Positions 11,688 to 24,243 of a DNA stretch of 64,000 bases are shown here, piece after piece (position 1 is the first letter of the stretch; every line of letters begins with the position of its first letter). Below the pieces are notes generated by a model, which saw nothing but the letters and a program-made list of their open reading frames with translations, searched no databases and was not told where the DNA came from. The position numbers and the translations under genes are program-made. Source of the stretch: Pseudogymnoascus verrucosus (taxonomy: Eukaryota); NCBI GenBank assembly GCA_001662655.1, contig KV460232.1; one strand, written 5' to 3'.

Positions 11688-14214
11688 TCAAGATCTCTCA
11701 GACCTTCCCATTCTCTCCACTCCCCACCCGACTCTCCCACCTTCTCTCCACTCTCCGCAGAAATACTTCACTTCTCCCCTTCCTCTCTCTCTCGCTCCCA
11801 CCAGCCTTGTTCGTAAATCGGTGCGTCCCCGAACGGCACGGAACGCCGCATCAGATCTTAACCCGCTCTGCCCAATCACGCTCACCACCTCGGCCAGGCA
11901 GCTCATACTGCTTGGAAGCTTCATCTTCTCCTGTGCCTCCCACGGCACGAGCGCAACCGCAACAGCCAGCAGAGCAATGAAATACCCAATCAGCAGCGCA
12001 AGAATGACATAGAACGCTGCCATATCTGTGAGCACGAGTAGAGTCTGCGATGGGAACGTCGTGTATGCTGCAAACATCCCACCACCGAGTATCGGTAGCA
12101 GGATCATGAACGGCTGCATAACAGCCAGAAGAGCGACAAGCCAATGTCCGTTCTCAATCGCTAGTGAGAGAGCGGCGAATGGAACACTGGAACTCGCGCT
12201 GTAGTCTGCGAGGAGGGATGGTAGAGCGCGAGTCCCGTAGGTGCGCGCCAGTTCAGACAAGGGTGTGAGGCGGGCGATGGAGTATGCAATAGGCCTCAGG
12301 GCTCCGTAAAGGACGAGACCGATGGTGGATGGGACGAAGGAGTAGAAGAACGACAAAGGGATGAAGTGTGCCTCATTCGGGGTGGAGGAAAGTTGTGGGC
12401 GGAATCCAGAGCTGAGGGCTATCGACGGGAGGAAGCTGACGACGAAGAGGGAAACAAGTAGAGCGCCGAAGGCAACGGGCCAGAGCAACAAGGCTGAGCG
12501 CCTAAGGCACCACGGAATGTAGGTTGCACGGGTGGTCAACATCTGCGCCTCGGTGTCACCGCTGTAACGGGTCTTGTCATTAATTGATGGCTCAGCACGG
12601 CCGCGGCTCATGCCGTGTCGGCGTAGCGGTGCGCCCTCCTCGCCGATGCAGTAGAAAATATCTTGCGTAGGGTTTGTGGTGCGCCAGTACCCCAGACGAT
12701 CAGCGCGGTGCCCAAGCTTCTCGCGCAGCTCAGCTAGGTCCGAGGCGTCCTCGGCGCCTTCATAGTCATCCATGCAGTTGCTTCGGGAGAGCAGCGCGAT
12801 GACATCGGCCAGAGATCGTGGGTCCCAGAGCAGACCGGTCTCACGGCGGACGAAATTAAGGATGATCCCAACAAGGCCGAGCACGATTAAGACGTAGATG
12901 GCGATGAGGACACCAGCAATGCTTGTCACGGTGCTGTATTTCCAGAGTCCGTTGATGTTTGTAACAGTGAAAAGGCAACTGGCAAGGGGGATGGTAAGAA
13001 CAGCCGGCCAGATGAGCACGCTGCATACACCTAGGTGGACTTGATCGGAAGAGAAGTAGCTGAATCGTGGCCTGAGGAGGGTCGTAGGCTGGAAAGGTAG
13101 AAATAGGGACTTTTGGCGAGCTTGATGGTCCTCGGATGTCATCTGAACGTAAGGGACGATGCGTCCAACGGCTGCCATAACGCCTTCAAGCCAGAGGAAT
13201 AGAGAGGCGGCGATGATCTGAGGAAGGAAGCGGAATGTGAAGTACCTCGCGTCGAAGGAACCAGAGTGGGCCCATAGGCCGTCCGCGAATTCGATACAGA
13301 GGCCCAAGCCAACGATTGTGGAGATACATAGGAACACCAAAACCGCAAGACTGTAGGTTCGTAGAGTTTTTGGCACAAACGTGAGTGCTGGGTACCGTGC
13401 AGTGTGTACTGGAGGTTCGGCGGCGAGGTATAGCTCAGATCCGGATGTTGGCAAGGCGAGACTGGCTAACGAGTCTTTCGGGTTGTACTTGGCTGTTGGT
13501 CGGGGGGCCATAGATTTGATGTCTTCTTTTGACCCAATATCGGGACCAGGTCCACTATAAAAGTCGGGCTTGTCATCATATTTGGGTCTAACATAGTCTT
13601 GCTTGAGGCTTCGCTCAGGAAACCTTGGGTACGAAGAGCTGCTGTCCCCGCTTGTCCCTCTCAGGGTTGAGCTCCTCGTGTCGTCTTCTCTTGTAATCTG
13701 ATCAATTGCATATCGGAGGTACGGCATGTCGTCGTTTGTTGGCGTTGGTGGTCCCGAGTAGGTAAATTGTGATTGTGTCGACTGCATAGAAGGCCTCAGC
13801 ACTCTCGTCCCGATATTCGAACTCATCCGTGCAGCAGGAGGCATGGTCACATAACGGCCTGCTGGCGGTGTAATCCGTGGCGCCCGTGGGAATTTTGCGG
13901 TGAGTGCTTCCAGCGCCTCGGAATAAGAGCGTTGGTTGATCTGGTCCTGTGTCCGAGGATTGATTGGGGCGTCAGGTAGGAGAACTGTTTCGGCGCTGGG
14001 GTTGCTTGATATATCGAAGGCATCTTCGTCGTCCGTATGTAAATCCTCAGCACTGTATCTATCCTTGGAATATTTTTCATTCGCTCTTTCGACTAAAAGT
14101 TCCTTAACTATCATTGTCATTGTCAGTCTTGGTCCTCTCATTGTGCTACCATGAGTCGTAGCCTTCAGCGAACTTACACTGCACAGAGCGAACGTCAACT
14201 CTTCGAGAATTCAT
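11688..14214 (-). CDS. Multi-pass membrane protein, probable DUF3433 family
   Basis: ATG 14214 (MNSRRVDVRSVQ); intron 14108-14177 (GTAAGT..CTGAC..TAG) joins in frame to the long ORF; two repeated TM bundles, TGLLWDPRSLAD and RLGYW. Confidence 0.75.
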
Positions 14215-15359
14215 GATTGCTATAATTGATCGGTGAGTAGCTGCGAGCTGCTATTGCTTGATGCAAGATGCGCATCTTCCCGCAGCTACTGCAGGTCAGA
14301 GGTATATACGTCGAATTATGATGCGGCGTCGGAAGGCTGGGAGGGCTGGGGCGACCGAGGTGGCTGGCGACGCGACAACCAACCACCCAGGTCTCACGTC
14401 GCGTTGGACGAAACATCAAAACCCCACCACAATGCAAGGGTTATGGGATTCAGCTCGCGCTATTCAGTGGAAATACGGTAAAATATCCGTGAAAAAATAT
14501 ACAATTAACTGAGATCATTCAGACTCTGATTTAAATGAGTCCTAACGGTTTTCCCAGATGTTTGTTGCGCTACTGTACCTCGGCTTGGCGCGCTAAGCCC
14601 TACCAAAATGTATACCAACCCCAGCCACCTCAAAACCTCAACGCGTTATAACAATGAAAAGTCCACACATTCTAATGGCAATGTGTATCAGATCAGGGAT
14701 GAAGCTGAGATTTATTTTGCAAATGTATAATATCCGTAGAGCTGATACTGTCATACGAATATCTATAAATCAGCTTACTAAACGTGGCTTAGCGTGGTGG
14801 TGGTCGCTCCTGCTTCTTTTTCCAAATTCTCGAGCTACTATGGGCGCTCCTTCCTTCGCTGCACACCCACCGCCGCCCTTCCCCGCATTCTGAATATGTA
14901 CGGAGGGCCGCCGACAGGGCCGCCAAAGGGCCTCTAAGTGGATATATCTTCACACGGCCTAGCGTATTATTTAATCGCTGATTTTAGGTCGCGTTTATCC
15001 CGAACTTATCAATCTGTCTTGGGTCTAACGATTCTACATCTTTTTAACTCTAAGGTATATTTCTGGCCACATAATCATGACCTTCTGAACCCACAGGACG
15101 CGCTGTTGTTATACCTTGCAATATAATATCGGCCTTGGATAGACACGGAGTAGTGGCGGGTATCGCTCCCGCAGTTCATCAAAAGCCAGTGGCTCTTCGG
15201 GTCCGCTAAGAATTTAGCTCTCGTTGGCAACAAGTGGAGCTATATCACAGATGCTTGCCGCTATTCAAGCGTCACTTCGGTGTACCTACTAAATATTTCA
15301 TTATTTTGTCCCGCGGGGATATTCGCCTATTAAACAACTGTGACACTTGTATTCCCATG

Positions 15360-18330
15360 CTAGAAAAATACAATATCCGATTCATCCCACCCAAGTTGTA
15401 GCAAGACCTTGTGAACAGATTGCTCCATCGCCTTCGGTCCACAGATCAGCACCATACATGTCTCAGTCGGAGACGCGTAGTCTTTCAGATTCTGCGCCGA
15501 GACGCGGCCCCTTTGGCCAGACCATGAACTAGAACCATCTGTAAGTGTGTGGATAATTGAACACCTCTTGCTGTCGGCCGCTGCAAAGGAATCTAGCTCA
15601 TCCTTGCAGAGGATATCTTCTTCTTTCTTGTTTCCATCGAGGAGGACGCAGGTGGTTGGATCATCGCGGTCTTGAATAACCGCACGTAAAACTTGAAAGA
15701 TCGGCGTGATGCCGCTTCCGCCACATATCATCTTGAATGACCGTACAGAGCGTTCTTTGTCGTTGATGGAAACTCTGCCCTTTCCAAGGTACTTGAATTT
15801 GCCAATAGGTCCTTTAAACTCCACAGACGACCCAATAGCAAGTTTTTCAAGAGCCATTGTCATCTTACCACCTTCCATAGTAGGAGTACTAAAATATATC
15901 TTAACAAGTACATCCACTATCCCTTTCTTGTCCGTCTGTGATATTGGTGTATATGCTCTGATAATGCTGGTTTTCTCTGGTGAATCATCTTCAGCTTTTA
16001 GCATGATATGCTGACCAGTTGGTAGGCCAAACGATTGCTCGTCATGATCCAATGCAAAAGAAAATATCCGTGTATCGCTCGATACTGCTACTTTCTTGCA
16101 AAGCTTCGCTTTCCTCCAAAATTTAGGCCTTAGGAATATCTCAGTTGGCCCTGAACTTAGCTCTTCGTCCGGTTCTTTGTTAAGAATTGCCAATGAGGCC
16201 TTATCTAGCGTGCCAACGTGGTACTCGCTCATCATCGCTTTTGCGGTCTCGCTGTCTATTTTGGAGGTCAGTATCACACCACCATGATCATTGAAAGGCA
16301 ACTCACGGATTGCAAGGAATTCCTCTGACACATCCATTGCAGCTGCCGATATTATGCTTTGGGCTCCACCCGGATGGCCGTCTAGGAATCCTGTACCATC
16401 GTACACTTCGCCATTCACAACAAACCATGGCGACTCAGGACCGCCATGTTGCTTTAGTTCCTCGATGTTAATGCTTTTGTTCAACCCCTTTGCCCTCATA
16501 TCGATCTCCTCTACAATCGTTGGCTCTCTTGGCGCTTCTCCGTTGGGTCTCTGTCCCCAAGACCCGTTTGTCAAATCCCCACCTTCTTTCTTCACACGTT
16601 CCATCCATCCTCCGGGCATTAAAGCAGGCTGTGTCGGGTGTTCGAATTTCAGGACCCCGTTGTTTTTGGTGATAGTAACTCTAAACCATGGGTTGTTCAT
16701 CATCCCCAAAACAGACCAGTACATATCTCGGGGTTGTATATTCATTGCTTCGTCCATCGCCCGGACAAGTATCGCATCGCTGGCATCAAGATCGGAGACT
16801 GGTATACTGAGAGACCACTGGCACCAGCAGAAGCAAGCCTCTCGAGAGTACATATCCACTCGACCGCCGTATAATTGTGACTCGAAATCGCGATATTTGT
16901 CTTCCGGATAATCAATATCTGCCAGTCGCCAAGCTGCGGATCTTGGGTCAGCTAGAGAAGACGCAAATGGGTGATTGTCATACATTTTCCACCGTCTAAT
17001 GATATCTCAACTCTGGTTATTCGTCGACCGCCGCCACCATATGCGTAGCCTCGCGCATTATATGTCGCTTCGGGTGTCGTAATCGGCAATTCTTCATTGT
17101 GTTGAGGGTATGCAGTGGCCGAGTTAACGCTTAGATCGTAAATAGCGTATCGGTCGTCTTGCCACCAGGACTTATCTTTCGATGCCATCTCAGGGCTAAC
17201 CATAGTTCTATAAAGTGGTTAATTATAGTTTACAACAACCAAACTTTGGATAGGGCCAGACTCACGGTAGCACTCGATTATCATAAATATGGTACCAATT
17301 ATCACTTGGAGCTTCGGTGACAATCAATTTGGTCAACCATTTGACACTCCTTCCGCCAATTTGTCCCGGGATTACCGCCCTTAAAGGACGGCCATGATCT
17401 GGGTGTAGCGGCTCGCCGTTCATTTTGTGAGCAAGCATAATGCCTCTGTTTGGGTCCATCACCCAATTCAGTTTCACTGACGTTCCGTAATATCCGTTGG
17501 GCTATAGAAGCATTAGCCGCCCGCACTCAGGATTTAGAAGAGCTATTATACCAGTTTATCGGCTCCCTCCATGCATACGTATCTAGCCCTGCGTAATGGT
17601 TTTGCCCTCCGTATGATATCGGCCATCATAGGTCCTGTGAAAAGGGCAGTCGACACTCCAGCCGCTCCCCATGAAAACCCGTTCGACTTCCGCACTTGGT
17701 TCTGCTCCTTGCGCCTATTACCAGCGCATACGAGGGTGACAGGTGCAGTTATCTGATCGAATTGTTGCAGGATTTGTCGGAAAGTTAGTGTTATCGGATG
17801 TTCAACCAACCTATGCATTCCGTCAGCTGTCAATAATCAAGGCACTCCATGGGTGTAGTACCCTTCAATACTCAGCTCCCAGGTGGGAATTTCAGAATCC
17901 AGGACTTCTGGGACCGGTCCATGATTCCTAACGTAGAAAAGTTGCGAGCTTGTCAAAAAGCCTGGAGCTTGTTCAGTACCGCGTCATTCGTAAAACAGCA
18001 TTTCAAAGTTTACCCACCATCATTGAAGAGGTCTGTCAGCGGTGCTTCTACATTGAATGGATGCACACCAGTCAACCTTATTAGACGCGGATCTCGAGGG
18101 ACGTGGCGGTCCGGAGTGTCCTTATCCAAACTGAGGATTTCTCTGAGGGGCTTTGATAATGGGGGCAATGGAATGTTCCGCAATGCAATTGTCGATATAT
18201 CTTCATGTTTGAGTGCAGATGTCTTTTCACGTATGATTGCGGGCTTTATTTCTTGTGTGAAAATGGCGGATTTCAGAGAGTGCACATTTAGGGGTGTCCC
18301 AAAAGTCAGGGATTCTGTGAGGGTCGCCAT
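15360..18330 (-). CDS. niaD: Assimilatory NAD(P)H nitrate reductase, 6 introns, reading frame intact
   Basis: RLTGVHPFNVE, FYVRNHG, Moco Cys in LVCAGNRRKEQN, GMMNNPWF, cytochrome b5 HPGG, FAD/NAD domain RAYTP, GGSGITP, CGP. All six splice junctions read in frame. Confidence 0.97.
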
Positions 18331-19303
18331 ACTGAGGAAAATTGTGATAGTGGTTCAACTACCATTATTATTATGTCCACGTATATATACGACGCATTGC
18401 AATTCTCCAAGTCATACTCCAAGTCATACTCGGTTCCGCATTCCACATGAGCCGTGCTCGGCGCAGACTTCCCGCGGACCATGGGAATTTGCTGTAAGTT
18501 AGGTCAGCAAAGTCTGCAAGCCCCCTATCGACAGGCAAGTTTGGATACAAAGCAAAAACTCACGTAAATGGCTTGTTCAGCCAGTGGCATGTCCGCGGAA
18601 TTATACATTTCTCGTCTTCAACTATTACAGTACTCCAATATCTCCTGTTGTACAAAAGATAAGGGTCAAACCGGCAAGGGTCATATCAGCATCCCGACAT
18701 TGGCCGGCTCTATAAGCTGAAGTCGTCGCAACGTGGGAATCATTGGCCTAAAACTTAAACACCAGTCAACAAACGCATGGGCCAGTTATCTTCAGCGACG
18801 TGTGGGGGTTTATTCAACTCAGATAAGGTCAACACAGAAAATGTGGAGCGTCGGGTGTCTATCTTTGGCCTCATTAGTTGTGGCCTAGGCCCCTGAAGCC
18901 CTTATCTCTTCGAATTCTGACGTCCAGATAAGCTCATGATAAGAGATTATTTGGGAGACCATACCAAAAAACCATCGCCGGAGATGCAGGAACCATATCC
19001 AAAGGAAGTTTTACGCCGAATAATCGAAGTAGCCGGCGGCTGTAGATGTGTCGCCTTCAAGCAGATAGATATCTGCTCTGTTCCGTGGAGAGTCTATCCC
19101 GTCATCGACCCGCGGAGAAACAGCAGTATGGGCAATTGCCACAATAATGCCCGACAAGTTACGATGTCCGTCTCTAGTAAGAAAAGCAGAAAATTAAACC
19201 ATATAATAGAAAGTTCTGCTTGCGAATATTGTGCAGTTGACTTTGATACGGATGATTTGACATCGCTCGCCTCGCTGCACGCTCGATATCACAGTTCGGA
19301 AAA
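18331..19303. promoter_or_regulatory. Bidirectional niaD-niiA promoter with NirA/NIT4-type and GATA (AreA/NIT2) sites
   Basis: TCCGCGGA 18592-18599, TCCGTGGA 19082-19089, CCGCGGAG 19110-19117 (reverse complement of CTCCGHGG); multiple GATAA/TTATC elements at about 18658-18942. Confidence 0.75.
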
Positions 19304-22300
19304 ATGCATTTACCGAGCGGAGCAGGGGTGGAATCGTCGACCCTTCCGGACATTCCAAACAGCATTTACAACGGAAACGGCTTCGACATTTCTGGACACG
19401 CCGTCCATAGCGACGGAAACATTGGAATATGCACTCCACGAAAGAAAATCGTGATTGTTGGGCTGGGCATGGTTGCTCTCTCATTCATGTATGTTGTCCC
19501 ACTACGACCATATTGTGCGAAATTACGGATTTTGCATTTCGAGACGCAGTAAATTTATTTGCGTTAATCCAATACTGATTCCGAGCAGTGAAAAAATTAT
19601 TAAATTAGATGCAAAAAAGCGACAGTATGATATTGTCGTTATTGGCGAAGAGTCCCACGTGGCATATAATCGAGTCGGGCTCACATCATTTTTCGAGCAT
19701 CGCGAGGTCGAACAATTATATTTGAACCCCAAAGAATGGGTTGGTGCAAAAGACTACAAGAAAATGTTTCCAATAGCTAATACTTTCTGTAGTACGGGTC
19801 ATTCGAGGATGGTTCTTTGAATTATCACCTAAACACCAGGGTTGAAGAAGTCCTCCCCGACCAAAAAACGGTCAGAACATCCACCGGCGATTCGGTCTCA
19901 TACGACATCTTAGTCCTAGCAACAGGATCTGATGCAATCCTTCCAAGTCATACTCCTGGCTATAATGCCAATGGGGTATTTGTTTACAGAACAATTTCCG
20001 ACCTTGAGAGGCTCATGGAGTTTGCCTCGAGGCATAAAGACTCAACGGGTGTTGTTATCGGAGGTGGTTTGCTCGGCCTCGAAGCTGCTCATGCAATGAT
20101 GAGTCTGAACGCATTCAAAAGTGCGAAGCTAATCGACCGCAACAAGTGGGTATTGGCCAGACAATTGGACGCTGATGCAGGATCCCTGGTGACGGACACC
20201 ATTCGCCAACTAGGTCTAGAAGTTATGCTTCGAAAGCGTGTGGCGACCATCAATACAGACAGCAGCAACAATGTCCAGGGAATCACATTCGAGGATGGTG
20301 AGTCTATAGATTGTTCATGTATATGTTTTGCAGTAAGTTCCTCAAGTGTTGTTATTGTTTCCTGCTTGTTACTAAATCGCCATTTAGATCGGTGTAACTC
20401 CCAGAGATGATCTTGGTCAAAAGGCTGGCATAAGATGTACCGAACGAGGAGGCTTCATTGTTGATTCAGGGTGATTATAATTTGCACATGTGCTATGCAA
20501 AAACACCTAGCTAACTTAAATCTAGCCTACGAACATCAATTCCTGATATCTACGCCATCGGAGAGTGCGCATCTTGGGAGAACCAAACATTCGGCATTAT
20601 AGCACCTGGAATTGAGATGGCAGACGTACTATCCTTCAACCTCACGAATCCAGAAAAGGCGCCGAAAGGCTTCGATCGACCTGACTTGAGCACAAAACTC
20701 AAGCTCTTAGGTGTAAACGTTGCCAGCTTTGGCGACTTCTTCGCCGATAGAGATGGACCAAGGTTTCTTCCTGGAAGACGGACATCAAAGCCTAACCCCG
20801 TGGAAAATGGCAGAAGAAGCTTAACTCCGCCAACGAAAGGCCCCTTAGTTAAGGCTTTAACTTACAAAGATCCATTCAGTGCCGTGTATAAGAAGTATCT
20901 TTTTACCATGGATGGAAAATACCTACTCGGAGGAATGATGATTGGAGATACCAATGATTACGTCAAATTGAACCAGATGGTCAAAAGTCAGAAAGAGCTC
21001 GAGGTCCCGCCCAGCCAGTTTATTCTCGGCACCCAGAATGGGGGAGAGGAGAACGCTGACGACTTGTATGAAAACATATACTCAACCTCACCGCCATTGC
21101 TAATTATATCACTACAGGGACGATGACACTCAGGTCTGCTCATGCCACAACGTTACCAAACGCGACGTGGTTGATAAAGTAAAGGAGGGCAGCTGCAAAA
21201 CAATCGCCGATGTCAAATCATGCACAAAGGCGGGGACTGGGTGCGGTGGCTGCATGCCTCTCATTCAATCAATCTTCAACAATACGATGAAAGAAATGGG
21301 CCAAGAAGTTTCGAATCATTGTGAGTTCTGCAACCCACTGATGTTGTATGTGGCTAATAAGATGCAGTATGTTCTCACATTCCATACTCCCGGGCCGACC
21401 TCTATAATATCGTGTCCGTCAAGCAGTTGAAAACGTTTGTGGACATAATGCAGGCAGTAGGTAAAGTTCCAGATTCGCTAGGATGTGAGCTATGCAAGCC
21501 AGCCATTGGATCCATTCTTGCGAGTATGTACAACCGTCATGTTCTGGATAAGCCAGTCCGTGACCTTCAAGACACCAACGACAAGTTTCTTGCGAATATA
21601 CAAAGGAACGGAACATTCTCCGTGGTGCCTCGCGTTGCGGGTGGAGAGATTACGGCCGATAGGTTGATAACCATTGGCCAAGTTGCGAAGAAATACAACC
21701 TTTACTGCAAAATCACTGGTGGACAGCGAATCGACATGTTTGGTGCCAAGAAGCAAGATCTCCTCGATATTTGGACCGAACTTGTCAATGCTGGGATGGA
21801 AAGCGGCCATGCCTATGCGAAATCTCTCCGAACAGTCAAGGTTCGTGGCTAGAAAATATTACCCATACCGTTGTGAAAACTCACTAACAAATTTGTAGAG
21901 TTGTGTAGGAACTACATGGTGTCGGTTTGGAGTCGGTGACAGTGTTGGAATGGCAATTCGGCTCGAGCAGCGCTACAAGAGTATTCGGTCGCCACATAAA
22001 ATCAAGGGTGGAGTTTCGGGATGCGTGAGAGAATGTGCGGAAGCACAGAATAAGGAGTAGGTTTTTGCATTGTTATTTGTCGATGGATACTGACTGTGTT
22101 CAAGTTTTGGGTTGATTGCCACAGAAAAGGGGTTCAACGTCTTCGTCGGCGGCAATGGCGGCGCAAAGCCGCGGCACTCAGAGCTACTAGCAAAGGACGT
22201 CCCACCTGACGAAGTCATTTCTCTTCTCGACCGTTATCTTATATTCTACATACGAACAGCCGATAAACTACAACGTACCGCGCGGTGGATAGAGAATCTT

Positions 22301-23107
22301 CCAGGCGGAATTGATTACCTCCGCGAGGTGGTTATCAATGACAAACTTGGTATATGCGCGGAATTAGAGCGACAGATGGAAGAGCTGGTGGGCTCCTATT
22401 TCTGTGAATGGGCCGAAACTATTAAAGATCCAGAAAGACGCAAACACTTTGAGCAATTCAGTAACACTCCGGAAACTGTGGATACCGTCGAGATCATTGA
22501 AGAGCGTGGGCAACAAAGGCCGACGTACTGGCCCCAAGGTTCAGTCACTGAGAATTTCAAGGGCCACCAATGGTCGCATGTCTCCTGGCAGCCAATTCTC
22601 AAGAGCAATCAGTTCTCGGAAGAAAAGCCACAAGTATCGTCTGCTAACGTCAAACGCGGCGACACACAGCTTGCAATCTTCAAAGTCAAGGGCAACTACT
22701 ACGCAACACAGCAAATGTGTCCACACAAGCGTGCTTTCGTACTCTCGGATGGTTTTATCGGCGACACTGACGCTGGAACATATTGGATTTCTTGCCCGTT
22801 ATGTAAACGAAATTTTGAGCTCAATGGCGAACAAGCTGGGCGATGCTCGAGCGATGAGACGACCAGTGTTGCCATCTTTGCAGCTGAGGAACGCGATGAT
22901 GGCTGGGTATATTTGAAATTGCCGCCCGTCGAAGAACTTGATGCGCTGCTTGGGACGGAGAAGTGGAAGGTTAGGAGAGAGGAAGCGGTGGATCCGTTTG
23001 AGAAAGTTGACAGAGTCTATAAGAGCTTCAGGGGAAAGAAGGTTGCTGATATTAAGGTTGAAATAATAGGGAAGCGTGCTACGGCACCTGGTGGGATTGA
23101 TTGGTAG
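19304..23107 (+). CDS. niiA: Assimilatory NAD(P)H nitrite reductase, 8 introns, reading frame intact
   Basis: VGLGMV FAD fold, [36 protein letters not shown], siroheme Cys motifs SCVGTTWC and SGCVREC, C-terminal Rieske CPHK..CPLC. All junctions read in frame. Confidence 0.97.
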
Positions 23108-23539
23108 TTAACAACTTTGTACGCATATTTGGTGTTATTGGTTCATCTCACTACATTTTATACCCTCACATATGTATTAATGTGTCTAGACTTCCACACT
23201 AGGCAATTGAGCAAAATAGGCAAGGTAATTAACATCTGCATTAATTATACATAAAACAACATTCATAACTGCATGTTATTGTGGTTATTTGCATTGGTTT
23301 ATATGATATAACGTGACTAATTAGACCAAAGAGACAGAGGTAGGAGAGGCAAGAAGCTCTCGAAATATCAACCCACAGCTATCCAATCAGTATGAATCCA
23401 GAGGGAATATCCGGAATATAACTACAGTGAGGGGCACAAAGTCTAAAGAAAAGCCTCCAATCGTTAGCTTCTGATTAGTGCTTCCCCCCACGAGCAAACG
23501 GCCGCTATCGTCTTAGCTAGGAGAGGGAGCCCCTCCCCT

Positions 23540-23720
23540 GAAAACTTTATCGACGAAAACCATCTCCGCGGAGATGCTAAAATACGATCTATATAGCCAT
23601 GCATACTAGTGCAGCCTTATCTTTGGTTATTTCATGTGCTAGGCTCTTATCCCCGTGGGTTAGATAGGATCGATGTTGGGGGTGTTGCCTCCACCCCCCT
23701 TATCTTTGGTGTCAGCAAGC
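23540..23720. promoter_or_regulatory. nrtA upstream element: perfect palindrome CATCTCCGCGGAGATG (NirA site on both strands) among GATA boxes
   Basis: Palindrome at 23561-23576; TTATC/GATAG at about 23547, 23618, 23647, 23663 and 23700. Confidence 0.75.
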
Positions 23721-24243
23721 GGGTCCTCTACCGATAGCCACTATGAAGAAACCAGTCGGGACAATTCTTCCCGCAACATCATTCCCGTTCCGATATTGAG
23801 CGAGTATTCTCGTGGTGAATCATCGCCCAATATTTTATCACTTTTCGTTCAGGCAGCGTTGGTAAGTGCTAACAGGGCTGAGACGCGCTTATCTTGTTTT
23901 CACAATCAGCGCCTCTACCTAAATTCGTATCACGCCACCATCACAATTAGTTGTAGGTTTTGGGTTTACATGCCTTGATCGTTGGGTGATAAGCTGGTTT
24001 GATCTTTGAGACACTGATGGGCTGCTATCTAAAGGCTGGCAAATCCTCAGATGCGAAATGGACATCTCCTCGGACTGTAAGTTAGAATTTCATGGCCAGT
24101 ATATATGAGCTTCATAATACGAATACAGAAGCTCTCATTTAATTTAACCATCAACATTTTCCGCAGTCTACTTTGATCTCAGTGCTGTTTAGACCGACTG
24201 TTTTGTTTTTGAACTTAATCCTGTCAATTTGAAATCATCACAG

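Noticed and set aside
18936..19454. 172-aa ORF in the niaD-niiA intergenic region
   Set aside because: Overlaps promoter motifs and niiA exon 1 in another frame; no recognisable domain.
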